Below are positions 38,837-56,094 of a DNA stretch of 64,000 nucleotides, in pieces. Location of the stretch: contig NC_086097.1 in assembly GCF_963921235.1 (NCBI RefSeq), positions 4,650,001 to 4,714,000 of the forward strand, given 5' to 3'. Numbering within the stretch: the first letter of the stretch is position 1; each line of letters opens with the position of its first letter. The notes under the pieces were generated by a model. It had not been told where the DNA came from, ran no database searches, and was given only the letters and a program-made list of their open reading frames with translations. The translations under genes and the position numbers were made by a program. The DNA is from Mobula hypostoma. Lineage: Eukaryota.

Positions 38837-39449
38837 ACCATTCAACAGGTTTCAATGAGATCCCCCCCACCCCATTGTACGTTCAATAACATATTCTCCT
38901 TAATTGCAAACTACATGCACAAGACAGAATAATTATTTAAGTTGCTACCTAATGATCGGTTTAAAGATAATTAAATATAGGTTTAAAATGTTCAATCCTA
39001 CATTCTGCTGTTTTTTTACTTTGTATTTAGAGATACAGTGTGGAACAGGCCCTTCGGCCCAACGCGCTTGTGCCACCCAGCAAGCCACCTATTTTAACCC
39101 GAGCCTATTTGAGAATATAACGTTGGTAATCCACTATCCAACTGAACGGGGAAATTCAATCTATTTAACATGGGGCAATTTACAATGACTAATTAATCTA
39201 CCAACCAGACGTCTTTGGACCAAGGGAGGAAACCCACTTGGTTACAGGGAAAACATACAATCTCCTTACAGATGGAGCTGGAATTGAACTCCGCACTCCA
39301 GAGCACCCCGCACTGTAATAGCATCATGCTACACATGATACTGTCATGGCACCTTGTAAAATTAGTTTAGTTATTTACATTCAACATCAGATGTTAGTTA
39401 CCATTCTACAATATTACCATAAGCAACAAGTATGTTTTATTTTACTAAC

Positions 39450-39589
39450 CCCAACATAGTCAATATCAAGATTATGATAGAATTTAGCACCATGAATCCA
39501 TGAAGAAATATAATAGGCTGTTCTGTGTGGGTAAGAGTAAGGCGACATCTCTCCATAACCAATCCAAGCAGGAAAGGCCCAGGGCAACC
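39450..39589 (-). CDS. GALC: GALC exon 5 (140 nt), [47 protein letters not shown]
   Basis: GLPWxFP and LDIDYxG motifs; acceptor tctcag|GG, donor GGG|gttagt; phase 1/0. Confidence 0.96.
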
Positions 39590-41343
39590 CTGAGAAATAA
39601 ATAAAGGATTCTCTTAAAAAGCAAACTACAATTAGAACAATATTAAAATGGTTTCATGTTTAGAATTCAAGTCCATCACCACCAGGACATCACGTCATCT
39701 CCAAAGCTACACTCCAGTAGCTACCCAGCTCAACAGAACTCACTCAGCTGTGATACCCTGACTGTCCCCAAACAACATCCGTTAAATGGTCTTTCCTGCT
39801 CTCCTTGTTCTGTTGAGAATTATTAACTCTGTTCATATTGTTCACATTTAAGTTTGATTATTGATGTTTGCACATGTGACCGTTCTGCTAATTGTTGATT
39901 GCTCATGGCTCTTTGCACAATTGCCTTGTAAATTGTTGGTTGCTTTTGTGTTGTCTGTACGGTATTGTCCTGTGTTTGGCATCGAACCACAATCAATTCT
40001 GGTATGTTTCACATACGGGACTGGTAATAAATTGATTCTGATTCTCTTGAATTGAGTTAAATTTCCAGGGAAATTTAAAAGGTTTTTAAGTACCTCCCTT
40101 CAGTACCATTCTCCTTGATAGAAATGACTTAGCTGTACACTAGCTTACGGTTAATGTACACAATCAAACTATTAACCTAGCATGCTTGGGACTTGAGTGG
40201 AGCTGGATTATCAGAGTTCCAGACTTGAACACACTTTGTCATTTCTTATTTAGATGTGATATAGTAGTCTCATAAATTTTCTAGTGAACTTAGTAGATTT
40301 AAGTGTAGCAAGGTCAGCTATGGCCTTGGTGTGTTAACGGGAGCACAGAAACAGCAACTAGCTTCAGGTCACCTATTGCAGCTGCCCAGGAGAGGAGACG
40401 CTGGAGGAGGTGTGGGAGAAGGCAGAGGTCTCTGTGTGTGCACACTGGGTTGGGGGCTGCTGCTGCCCTCCAGTGTTTGCTCGATGGGAGACAAGCTGGA
40501 CCACGACAACATTCTACGTGCCATCAATATATAGGCTATGCTATACAAGGGGTATATTTATCTTTGTGATTGTATGTTTTTCTGTTATTGTATGAACTAT
40601 GAGTACTGTGTGTTGCACCTTGGCCCCAGAAGAATCCCGTTTCATTTGGGCTGTATTCATGGGTATGGTTGGATGATCATTAAACTTGAACTTCAACTTA
40701 GTGAACCAAAGGTGGACGAACTCGTGGCACAATTAGAGGTTGGTGGGTATGGCGTTGCGGGCATCACTGAGCCGTGGCTGAAAGGCGGCCACTGTTGAGA
40801 GCTTAACATCAAAGGATATACTTGGTATCAAACAGACAGGCAGGAAGGCATAGGCAGTGGTGTGGCTCTGTTGGTAAGAGATGGGATTACATCTTTAGAA
40901 AGAAGTGACATAGGGTCAGAGAACCTTGAATCTTTGTGGGTGGAGTTAAGAAACAGTATCAATAAAAAAACATCATGGGAATCATATACAGGCCTCCAAA
41001 TAGTAGCCAAGATGTAGGGTTGAGATTGCAAAGGGAGCTGGAGAGGACAAGTAATAAGAGTAATGTCACAATTGTAATGAGGGACTTCAATATGCAAGGG
41101 GATTGGGAAAATCAGGTTGGTGTTGGATCGCGAGAGGGGGCATTTGTTTAATGCCTACAAGGTGGCTTTTTAGAGCAGCTTGTGTTTGAGCCTACTCGGT
41201 GAAAGACTGTCTTAGATTGGATGTTGTGTAATAATCCAGATCTTATGAGGGAGCTTAACATAAAGGTATGCTTAGGAAGCAATGATCATAATATGATTGA
41301 ATTCATACTGCAATTTGAGAGGCAGAAGCATAACTCACATGTA

Positions 41344-43881
<2,538 letters not shown>

Positions 43882-45751
43882 TATCAGTATCACAATGGAA
43901 TAAGGAGAATTATAGAGGCATGGGAGAGGAGCTTGCCCAGGTGGGTTGGAGGAGGATACTGGCAGGGATGATGGCAGGGCAGAGGTGGCTGAAGTTTCTG
44001 GGAATAATTCACAAGGCACAGGATAGATATGTCTCGCAGAGGAAGAAGTTCTCAAATGGCAGTGGTAGGCAGCCATGGCCGACAAAGGAAGTTAGGGACT
44101 GCATAAAAGCCAAGGAATTGGCATACAAGGTAAAAAAAAAAGTGAGTGGGAAGTTCCATGATTGGAAAGCTTTTAAATTCCAACAGAAGTCAACGAAGAA
44201 AGCTACAAGGGAAAAGATGAAATATGAGGGCAGACTAGCTAGTAATATAAAGCGGGATACCAGAAGTTTTTTCAGTTATATAAAGAGTAAAAGGGAGGCA
44301 AGAGTTGATTCTGGACCACTGGAAAATGATACTGGTGAGGTAGTAATGGGGGATGAAGAAATGGCAGATGAACTTAATGGGAACTTTGCGTCTGTCTTCA
44401 CCGTGAAAGACACTCGCAGTGTGCCAGAGGTCCGTGAGTGTCAGGGAGCAGGAGTGGGTGCCACTGAGTGGATGAGGTTTTGAGGTACTTGGAGACTAAT
44501 GATAAGTCAAAAATCAGCATGGTTTGTGTCAAGGGAAATCTTGCCTGACAAATCTGTTAGAGTTCCTCAAGGAAGTAACAAGTAGGATGGACAAAGGAGA
44601 GTCAGTGGATGTCATTTACTTGGATTTTCAGAAGGCGTTTAATAAGGTGCTACATGAGGCTGCTTAACAAGATAAAATCCTGTGGTGTTACAGGGATGGT
44701 ACTGGTATGGATAGAGGAATGGCTGACAGGCAGGAGGCAGCGAGTGGGAATAAAAGGGACCTTTTCTGGCTGGTTGCCAGTGTTCCTCAGGGGCCAGTAT
44801 TTAGACTGCTACTTTTCACATTTTTTGTCAACGATTTGGTTAATGAAATTGATGGCCTTGTGGCAAAGTTTGTGGATAATATGAAGATAGGTGGAGGGGC
44901 AGGTAATGCTGAGGAAGCAATGCAATCGACAAATTGAAAGAATGGGCAAAAAAGTGGCAGATGGAGTACATGATTGGGAAATGTATGATAAATACACTTT
45001 GGTAAAAGGAACAATCGTGTAGACTATTATCTAAATGGGGAGAAGGTTCAAACATCAGAGGTGCAGAGGGACTTAGGATTCCTTGTGCAAGATTAATTTA
45101 CAGGTTGAGTCTGTGATAAAGAGGGCGAATGCAAAATTGGCATTTAGAAGACTCTAGTCAGGCCGCACTTGGGAGCACTGCCACAGTTTGAGGCCCAATA
45201 TTTCAGAAAGGATGTGTTGTCATTGGACAGAGTCCAGGAGGTTCATGAAGATGATCCCGGGAATGAAGGGGTTAACATATGAGGAGCGTTTGGCAGCTTT
45301 GGGCACGTACTCAATGGAATTTAGAAGAATGTGGGGTGGGGATCTCATTGAAACCTATCAAATGTTGAAAGGACTAGGTAGGGTGGATGTGGAAAGGATG
45401 TTTCCAATGGTGGGGGTATCCAGAACTAGAGGGTATAGCCTCAAAACTGAGGGCATGACCCTTTAGAAGAGGTACGGAGGAATTCTTTTAGCCAGAGAGT
45501 AGGAAATCTGTGGAATGCTCTGCCACAGACTGTGGTGGATGCTAAACACGTGGGTATATTCAAGAGGGAAGTTAATCACTTGATGATCAGTCAGGGCAAG
45601 AAAGTATATGGGGTTGAGTGGGATCTGGGATCAGCCATGATAGAATGACAAAGCAGACTCGATGGGCTGAGTGGCCTAATTCTGCTCCTGTGTCTTAAGG
45701 TCTAAAGCTGAACCATCAAAATTCCCATTCAACTGGATAGTGAACTATTAA

Positions 45752-48130
45752 ACATAGAAACAGAAAACCTACAGCACAATACAGGGCCTTCGGCCCACAA
45801 AGTTGTGCCAAACATCCGTACTTTAGAAATTACTAGACTTACCCGTAGCCCTCTATTTTTCTAAGCTCCATGTACCTATCCAAAAGTCTCTTAAAAGACC
45901 CTATCGTATCCGCCTCCACCACCGTTGCTGGCAGCCCATTCCACGCAATCACCACTCTGAATAAAAAACTTACCCCTGGTATCTCCTCTGTACCCACTCC
46001 CAAGCACCTTAAACCTGTGTCCTCTTGTGGCAACCATTTCAGCTCTGAGAAAAAGCCTCTGACTATCCACACGATCAATGCCTCTCATCATCTTATACAC
46101 CTCTATCAGGTCACCTCTCATCCTCCAAGGAGAAAAGGCCGAGTTCACGCAACCTATTCTCATAAGGCATGCTCCCCAATCCTGGCAACATCCTTGTCAA
46201 TCTCTTCTGCACCCTTTCTATGGCTTCCACATCCTTCCTGTAGTGAGGTGAACAGAACTGAGCACAGTACTCCAAGTGGGGTCTGACCAGGGTCCTATAC
46301 AGCTGCAACATTACCTCTTGGTTCCTAAATTCAATTCCACGATTAATGAAGGCCAATGCACCATATGCCTTCTTAACCACAGAGTCAACAGATTCAACCT
46401 GCACAGCAGCTTTGAGTGTCCTATGGACTCAGACCCCAAGATCCCTCTGATCCTCCACACTGCCAAGAGTCTCATCATTAATACTATATTCTGCCATCAT
46501 ATTTGACCTACCAAAATGAACCACTTCCCACTTACCTGGGTTGAACTCCATCTGCCACTTCTCAGCCCAGTTTTTCATCCTATCAATGTCCCGCTGTAAT
46601 CTCTGACAGCCCTCCACACTATCCACAACACCCCAACCTTTGTGTCATCAGCAAACTTACTAACCCCTCCCCCCACCTCCTCATCCAGGTCATTTATAAA
46701 AATCACGAAGAGTAGGGGTATCAGAACAGATCCCTGAGGCACATCACTGCTGACCGACCTCCATGCAGAATAAGACCTATCTACAACCACTCTGCCTTCT
46801 GTGGGCAAGCCAGTTCTGGATCCACAAAGCAATGTCCCCTTGGATCCCATGCCTCCTTACTTTCTCAATAAGCCTTGCATGTGGTACCTTTTTAAATGCC
46901 TTGCTGAAATCCATATACACTACATCTACTGCCTTCATCAATGTGTTTAGTCACATCCTCAAAAAATTCAATCATGATTGTAAGGCACGACCTGCCCTTA
47001 ACAAAGCCATGCTGACTATTCCTAATCATATTATACCTCTCCAAATGTTCATAAATCCTGCCCCTCAGGATCCTCTCCATCAACTTACCAACTACTGAGG
47101 TAAGACTCACTGGTCTACAATTTCCTGGGCTATCTCTACTCCATTTCTTGAATAAAGGAACAACATCCGCAACCCTCCAATCCTCCGGAACCTCTCCCGT
47201 CCCCATTGATGATGCAAAGATCATCGCCAGAGGCTCAGCAATCTCCTCCCTCACCTCCCACAGTACCCTGGGGTACATCTCATCCGGTCCCAGTGACTTA
47301 TCCAACTGGATGCTTTCCAAAAGCTCCAGCACATCCTCTTTCTTAATATCTACATGCTCCATCTTTTCAGTCTGCTGCAAGTCATCACTACAATCACCAA
47401 GATCCTTTTCCATAGTGAATACTGAAGTATTCATTAAGTACCTCTGCTATTTCCTCTGGTTCCATACACACTTCCCCACTGTCATATTTGATAGATCCTA
47501 TTCTTTCACATCTTATCCTCTTGCTCTTCACATACTTGTAGAATGCCTTGGGGTTTTCCTTAATCCTGCCCGCCAAGGCCTTCTCATAGCCCCTTCTGGC
47601 TCTCCTAATTTCCTTCTTAAGCTCCTTCCTATTAGCCTTATAATCTTCTAGATCTGGTTATATGGTTATCCAGCTCTCTGAACCTTTTGTAAGCTTTTCT
47701 TTTCTTCTTGACTAGATTTATTACAGCCTTTGTACACCACAGTTCCTGTACCCTACCATAACGCCCCTGGCTCATTGGAACGTACTCCACACAAACATCG
47801 AACATTTGCCACATTTCTTCCGTACTTTTCCCTGAGAACATCTGTTACCAATCTAAGCTTCCAATTTCCTGCCTGATAGCCTCATGATTCCCCTTACTCC
47901 AATTAAACGCTTTTCTAAATTGTCTGTTCCTATCTCTCTCCAACGCTATTGTAAAGGAGATAGAATTATGCTCACTATCTCAAAAACGCTCTCCCACTGA
48001 GAGATCTGACACCTGGCCAGGTTCATTTCCCAATACCAAATCAAGTACAGCCTCTCCTCTACATATTGTGTCAAGAAACCTTCCTGAACACACCTAACAA
48101 ACTCGACCCCATCTGAACCCCTTGCTCTAG
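45752..48130 (-). mobile_element. CR1 LINE ORF2 3' portion, same family as 5370-10048
   Basis: ORFs 46892..47434, 46111..46404 and 45891..46163 are nearly identical to the plus-strand copy; (TTTCTATG) tail. Confidence 0.92.
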
Positions 48131-49539
48131 TTATATCAACCTTCAGCAAACATTACTGAAGAGGTTTCAGGTTCACCACTTCAATTGCAATCACCTGTGC
48201 TTGTAGAAACGACAACTGAATTGTGATATTACAAGGGAAAATATAAAATTCTGTATTAAAAAGGCAGCACAGTAATGCTTCAGCAACACACACACACAAA
48301 GTGGGAGGAACACAGCAGTCAGGTAGCATCTATGGAGGGGAATAGACAGCCAATGTTTCAAGCCGAGACCCTTCATCACGACTGGAAAGAGGACAGAAAC
48401 CAGAATAAGTTGATGGGGGGGGGGGGAGGGAGGGGAAGGGAAGGAAGTACAAGCTGACAGGTGGTAGGGGAGGGGTTAGGTGGGTGGGTGGGGAATGGGG
48501 ATGAAGGAAGAAGCTGGGAGGTGACAGGCAGAAGGGGGAATGGGCTGAAAGTGGAGTGTAATAAGAGAGGACCATGGACAGGATTAGGAGGGTATCCAGA
48601 AGGTAGGTGAAGGGCAGGTGGGAAGAGAAGTGGTGAGAGGGGAATGGACCATGATATTGTAGGTTGTGCTGTCTCATAGCTCCAGTGGTTCAGGATTGGT
48701 TCTGAACTTTGGTGTTCTCTGGAGTGCAAATCTTCTCCTTGTGGATGTGAAGAATGCCCATGGGTTTTCCATTTTCCTCCCACAACCCATGGCTTGACGG
48801 TTGATCAGTGAATTGCTCACTATGAAACACCTGCAGTGTATGTGAGTGATAGGAGAATTAGGGGCAGTTAGTGGGCATGTGAATGAACGTAATAAAGGAA
48901 AGTAGATTGATCTGACCACAAGCAGAGACTTGAAAGGCCAAATGGACGTCTTTGCTCGAGGAAATAGGATAAACGATGGGGGTGGGGGTGGGGAGAGGCG
49001 TGTAATAGACCTTACGTTAAGAGAGTGAGTGTGGAGAATCTCAGTGAATGTCAAAAGGCCTGTATAGAATGGATGTGAAGAGGATGTTGCCTTTACTGGG
49101 GAGTCTAGGACCAGAGGACACAGCATCAGAATGCAAGGACGTCCCTTTAGAACAAAGATGAGGAGGAATTTCTTTAGCCAGAGGGTGGTGAATCTGTGGA
49201 ATTCATTGCCACACATGGCTGTGGTGGCCAAGTCATTGGGTATGTCAAAGCAGAGTTCCTGATTAAACAGCACCCACAAAATGCTGGAAGAACTCAGCAG
49301 GTCAGACAGCATCTTCAGAAAAAAGCTAACAGTCAACATTTCAGACCCTTCATCAGGAGTGGAGAAAAAAAGATCAGAAATCAGAGTAAGAAGGGGGTGG
49401 TGTTGGGGGGTGGGGGAAGAAGGTGACAGGTGAAACCGGGAGAGGGGGAAGAGGTGAAGTAGAGAGCTGGGAAGTTGCTTGCTGAAAGAGATACAGGGCA
49501 GGAGAAGGGGTTATCTGATAGGAGAGGGCAAAAGGCATG

Positions 49540-50398
49540 TGTGACGAGAATACACATAAAATTAAGATGTTTGCTGGCCTGGGCTAACATCAGTGGCATC
49601 AGCAGTTGGTCTGCCACCTGCCCTCAGGGGAAGGAGAGATAAGGAACAATGGAGCAGCGTCTGGAGATGTGTAATGAAGGGACGTGGGAGAGACAGCTGT
49701 CTAGAGCGGCTCCCCCCTTTGAACCTTGAACTGTTTGAAGTGATGGACAGGCGATACCCCAGCAGGGGGATAAAAAGGGACAGGTTCGCTAAGGCAGGAC
49801 ACACGCCACCCGAGGTAATGAGACCCTGGAAGCGGTGCGCCTCTCACGAGTGGGTGAGAAGTACCAGACAACGGCCAGGGTGGAAAGGTACGATCAGCGG
49901 GAACCCGGTGTGTGTCCGCCCTTGCCTGGGTGCCGGGTTCACTGCAGAGGATCGACCGCATCTGGAGGAGGGGTCACAGTCGGTGACCTCAGGTGACATC
50001 ACCAAGGACCCGCCTGAAAGCTGCTTGTGAGCCATCTCGCCGGTCTGTGAGTGAAGCTGTGCTGAATGATCAGTTGTTCCTGTTCTCTGTCTCTCTTCCC
50101 CCACGTTGTCCATCACCATGGCAACGATTACTGCGAACTGAACTACTAACTGGACTGAACTTTGAGTCACTTTTAAATTTGGTCATTTACCCCTAGACAA
50201 CGATAGAGCTTGATTGATGCTGTTATCTTAATTCTGTGCACATGTGTGGTTATCATTGCTGAACTGTTGCATTTATTATCCTTTCGATTACTGTGTTGCT
50301 TGTTTCTTTAATAAAACTTTCTTAGTTCTAGTACTCCAGACTCCAACTGAGTGATCCATTTCTGCTGGTTTGGCAACCCAGTTACGGGGTACGTAACA
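49540..50398 (+). mobile_element. Solo LTR (859 bp) inserted in a Penelope-like fragment
   Basis: TGTGACG...CGTAACA termini; TSD CATG (49536-49539, 50399-50402); GATAAAAAG TATA-like element and AATAAA near 50310. Confidence 0.88.
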
Positions 50399-50639
50399 CA
50401 TGGAAGAAAGGAGAGAAGGAGGAGCACCAGAGGGAGGTGATGGGAAGGTAAGGAGATAAGGTGAGAGAGGGAAATGGAAATGGGGAATAGTGAAGCAGCA
50501 CCAGACACTATCCACCAGTCTTGATTCATCAGGGTGTGAAAGCTTATTGAGAGGGATAGTAATCAAACATAATGGAATAGCAGAGCAGACACAAGAGGCC
50601 ACTCCTACATCTGAGGCTCAGAGTCAGAACACCACAGTA

Positions 50640-52700
50640 TATAGAAAATGGCCCTTTGGCCCATTGAGTCTCTGCCGAATCAGTAATCTGCCTGGTCCCA
50701 TCAACCTGCACCTGTACCACAGCCTTCCATAACCCTACTGTCCATGTTCCTATCCAAACTTCTCTTAGATGTTGAAATCGACCTCGCATCCACCACTTGT
50801 GCTGGCAGCTCATTCCATTCTCATGACCCACTGAGTGAAGAAGTTTCCCCTTAAACTTTACACCCTTAACCCACGACCTCTAGTTGTATTCCCACCCAAC
50901 CTGCAGTTACCCTATCTATATCACTCATAATTTTGTACATCTCTCTCTCTCTCTCAAATCTCTGCTCAGTCTTCTCTGGTCCAAAGAATAAAGTCCTAAC
51001 CTGCTCAATCTTTCCTTATTATTCAGGCCTTCAAGTCATACAATATCCTCGTAAATTTTCTCTGAACTCTTTCAACGTTACTTACATTTTTCCTGTGAGT
51101 AGGTGACCAAAACTGCTCATTGTAGTCCAAATAAGACCTCAACAACATCTTATACAACTTCAACAAAACCTCTGAGTACTCAGTACTTTGAATTATGAAG
51201 CCAATGTGCCAAAAGCAATCCTTACAACCCTATCTACCTGTGACACCACTTGCAATGAATTAAGGACCTGTATTCCCAGATCCCTTTGCTCTACCACACT
51301 CCTCAGTGCCCTAATGTTCACTGTGTGAGACCTATCCTAGTGGATCTTCCCAAAGTGCAACACCTCACACTCGTCTGCATTAAATTCCATCGGCCATTTT
51401 TTCAGCTGGTCCAGATCCCACTGCAACCCGAGTCTTCCTCACGGTCCACGACACCCCCAATCTTGGTGTCATCTGCAAATTTGCTGATCCAGCTCACCAC
51501 ATTATTATCCAGAGTATTGAAATGGATGACAAGCAACAACAGACCTAGCACTGATCCCTGAGGCACTCTGCTAGTCACAGAGGCAACCCTCTACTACCAC
51601 TCTCTGGCTTCTCCAACAAAGCCAACGTCTCAACCAATTTACTACCTCATCTTAAATGCTGAGTGACTGAACCTTCTTGACTAGCCTCCCATGTGGGACC
51701 TTATCAAATGCCTTGCTACATCCACTGCCTTGCCTTCTCAACTTTCCTGGTAACGTCCTCAAAACACTCCATAAGATTGGTTAGGCATTACCTACCATAC
51801 ACAATGCGATGGTGACCATCCCTGTCTATCCAAATACATAGGACACTCAAAGCTGCTGCGCAGGTTGACAGTGTTGTTAAGAAGGCATTTGCTGTGTTGG
51901 TCTTCCTTAACTGTGGGATTGAGTTCAAGAGCCATGAGGTAATGTTACTGCTATACATTAGTTAGACCCTACTTGGAGTACTGTGCTCAGTTCTGGTCAT
52001 CTCACTACAGGAAGGATATAGATACTATAGAGAGAGTGCAGAGGAGATTTATAAGGCTGTTGCCTGAATTGGAGAGTGTGCCTTATGAGAATAGGTTGGG
52101 TGAACTTGACCTTTTCTCCTTGGTGTGATAGAGGATGAGAGGTGACCTGATAGAGGTGTACAAGATGATGACAGGCATTGATTGTGTGGATAGTCAGAGG
52201 CTTTTTCCCAGGGCTGAAATGGCTAACATGAGGGGGCATAGGTTTAAGGAGCTGGGAAGTAGGTACAAGGGGGAAGTCAGAGGTAAGTTTTTCCCCACAG
52301 AGTGGTGGGCGCGTGGAATGCCCTGCCAGTGGTGGAGGCAGATACAATAGGGTCTTTTAAGATGGGCACATGGAGCTTAGAAAAATATAGGGCTATATGA
52401 TAGGGAAATTCTAGGAAGTTTCTAGAGTAGGTTACATGGTTGCCATAACATTGCGGGCCAAAGGCCTGTAATGTGGTGCAGATTTCTATGTTCTATGTAA
52501 TAAGAGTGGGTAATTTCAAAGGAGATGTGAGGGGCAAGGTGTGTTGTTTTTTTTTTTACAAACAGAAAAAGGTCAGTGCCTGGAATGTGCTTCCTGGAGT
52601 GGTGATAGTGGCAGATACATTAGACATTTAGATAGGCACATGAATGTGAGGAGAATGGAAGGATACGGGCATCATGCATTGTAGTCCTGTGTTCTATGTA
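50640..52700. mobile_element. CR1 fragments (minus 50640-51835; plus 51837-52497 and 52500-52700)
   Basis: CR1 RT C-terminal peptides and 3' tails. Confidence 0.8.
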
Positions 52701-52917
52701 TGTTCTAGAAATAAACATAGATGTTCATAAAGTTTGCTATCACAATTGTGCCAGGAGTTGTATAAATAAAGTATTAATCACTTGAAAGAAACTTGGCTTC
52801 ATATAAACTTCAAAGCTCCAACTAAATTATCATTAATGTGCTGAGATGGACCAGATCCCAATTCCTAGTTACGTCCTATGGCTTTCTGCCGCACTTGCAC
52901 GCGGTTATCATATATAC

Positions 52918-53031
52918 CTATTAATTTAATATTAGGATTCCTCTTCTTTGCTTCTTTCATCAGCCACCACTCATATCCTCGGAAATAATTCTCATCATCT
53001 TCATAGTGCATATGCGAAGGTTCTGTCCCAT
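52918..53031 (-). CDS. GALC: GALC exon 4 (114 nt), [38 protein letters not shown](G)
   Basis: Near-identical to vertebrate GALC; acceptor ttgtag|AT, donor ATAG|gtatat; phase 1/1. Confidence 0.97.
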
Positions 53032-53544
53032 CTACAAAGAAAAGAAACCTCTCTCATTATCACTTCTCAATTGATTTATAAATGGATCAAGTTCAAGTTC
53101 GCTGTCATTCAACCATACGCATGTACCACTAAATGAAACGTTCCTCTGCACAGTACATATAACTTACACACACAAAACAACAAATATTACCACAAATTAT
53201 AAGATGCACTGATCACACAAGTTTAGTAAACAGTATAGCACTGCTGGTGCTTCACACGTGATGAGACCTGGGTGGCGACAGGGAGTTAGGTCATTTCATG
53301 GCCTGGGGGAAGAAACTGTTTCCAATCCCAACAGTTTTTGTCCCAAGATGCAAGTATCCATCTATCAGTTGTCCCAAGCTGTGAGAGGTATAAGCACCCA
53401 CTGATGACAAACCGCAGCAGAAAGAATTAAAACAACTGAATACCAGTTAAATCTTGCTAACAGACCCCAGCAAAAACCATGAGCAAACATGCTGAACTTG
53501 AGTAAAACAGATAATAATGGAACACTCTTCCATTCACTCTTAGC

Positions 53545-55490
53545 GGGAGGGATTTAAGGAGGAGGGGTGGCAGTACTAGTCAGGGAAAATGTCACGGCAG
53601 TGCTCCATCAGGACAGACTGGAGAACTCAACCAGTGAGGAGTTATAGGTGGAACTGAGAAACAAGAAAGAAGCTATGACCACATTGGTGGAGCTATATTA
53701 CAGATCACCCAACAGTCCTAGGGATTGAGAGGACCAAATTTGAAAAGAGATCGCAGACTGTTGCAGGAAACATAAGGTTGTTTGAGTCGGTGAGTTTAAC
53801 TTTCCACCAATCAACTGAGAATCCCAAACTGTTAAAGGACCAGATGGATTACAGTTTGTCAAATGTGTTCAGGAAAGCTTCCTTCAGCTTGGTTCTTCAA
53901 TGGAGATTGAGACCCTTGTTAAGAGGGGAAAAAAGGGATACATAGGAGGTATAGACAACTAGGAACAAATGAGGTGCTTATGGAGTACAAGAAATGCAAG
54001 GGAACACTTAAGAAAATCAGGAGGGCTAAAAGAAGGCATGAAGTTGCTCTAGCAGACAAGGTGAAGGAGATGAAGGAGAATCCAAAGGAATCTACAGATA
54101 TTTTAAGAGCAAAAGGATTGCAAGGGACAAAATTGGTCCTCTGGAAGATCAGAATGGTAATCCATGTGTGAGCCAAAATAGATGTGGAAGGTCTTAACCA
54201 AATTCTTTGCATCTGTATTTACTAGGGAAATGGATACAGGGTCTACAGAAGTGAGGCAAATCGATACAGTGTCTATAGAAGCGAGGCAAAGCGACATCAA
54301 CCTCATGGACCCTGCACAGATTAGGAGGAGGCGTTTTCTACCCTGAGTCAAATCAGGGTGGGTAAATCCCCAGGGCCTAACAAGGTGTTCCCTCTGACTC
54401 AATGGGAGGCAAGTGCAGGAATTGGCAGGGGCCTAACAGAGATATTTAAAACATTCTTAGTGACGGAAGAAGTACCAGAGGATTTGAGGATAGCCAATGT
54501 GGTTCTGCTGTTTAAAAAAGGCTCTAAACAGAAACCAGGAAGTTATAGGCTGGTGAGTCTGACATCAGTTGTGGGAAAGCTACTGGAAGGTATTCTAAGG
54601 GACCGGATATATAAGAATTCCAAAAGACATGGACTGATTAAGGATAGTCAGTATGGCGTTGTGCATGGTAGATCATGTCTAACCAATCTTAGAGTTTTTT
54701 TTTCAAGGAAGTTTGAAGGCAAGGCGGTAGATGGACTTTAGTAAGGCATTTGACAAGGTCGCATGGGAGGCTGATCAAGAAGGTTCTTTTCTTTATTAAT
54801 CTGTTTATTGATTTAAAAGGAGCATAAATACAATCAAGAGGAGAATTATCTCAAATTTTATATTTAACAATATGATTTTGATAATGTTTGTCTTAATCTT
54901 GGTTTAAATTGTTACTGTTTTATATATATACACAATTTAAAGCGAGATTAAGACAAACATTATCAAAATCATATTGTTAAATACAAAATATATAATAAAA
55001 AAGTAAAATAGCAATTCTCCTCTTATCAGTTTATAAAGAGAGTTGAAAAAACATTGAGTTTAAAATGAAGAGAAAAAACCCACTACACTATACGGAAAAA
55101 AAACAGAAAGAGGTAAAAAGGGACTGGGCAGTCCATTTAAGGATACGACCAAAAAAAAAGGTTCAGTCGCTCTGCATTCAGGATGAGCTTGTAAACTGGT
55201 TTAGACATTGGCTTTGTGGGAGAAGCCAGAGACTGGTAGTAGAGGGTTGCCTCTCTGACTGGAGGCCTGTGACTAGTGGCGTGCCTCGGGGATCGGTGCT
55301 GGGTCTGTTGTTGTTTGTCATCTATATCAGTGATCTGGATGATAATGTGGTTAACCGGATCAGCAAATTTGCGGGTGACACCAAGACTGGCGGTGTAGTG
55401 GACAGTGAGGAAGTTTATCATGGCTTGCAGAGGGATCTGCATCAGCTGGAATAATGGGCTGAAAAATGACAGATGGAATTTAATGCAAAC
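53545..55490 (+). mobile_element. Degenerate CR1 ORF2 with an insert at 54787-55157
   Basis: GKSPGP..SYRLVSLTSVVGKLLE..SGVPRGSVLG..ISKFAGDTK; TSD AAGGTTC around the insert. Confidence 0.85.
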
Positions 55491-55693
55491 AACCAACATG
55501 CAACAGACAACAAGCTCAGCAAATACAAAAAGAAAAAAACGTAACTTTAATTTCTGATTGAAAGAAATCTTACAGAAAAGTTGGAAGCACCACTTCTCGG
55601 CAACTCTTTCACCCAATTGGGAAAACACAGACACAAGGGTAGCCAGAATATCAACTTAATCAGCGAAGATCAGCATTCTGTAGCTGGACTTTA

Positions 55694-55795
<102 letters not shown>

Positions 55796-56094
55796 TTATT
55801 AACAGGTCGACATGATTAGGTTATAAATGCCTATAACAGTATTTGCATTCACCATGCCATAGTCTACTTAATGGTTGGATGTTGAACACAAACAATTTAT
55901 GTACAAAATATTGAAATTACAGTGTGGCATCTGCAAAGAGATAAGCAAAGTTAAACAGTCAAATAAACATTTATCTAAACATAGAATCGTACAGCACAAG
56001 AACAGGCCCTGTGGCCCACAATGTTGTGTTCAACCAATTAAATTAGTAATCAAATGGCCAACTAATCTCTTCTGCCCACACAATATCCATATCA

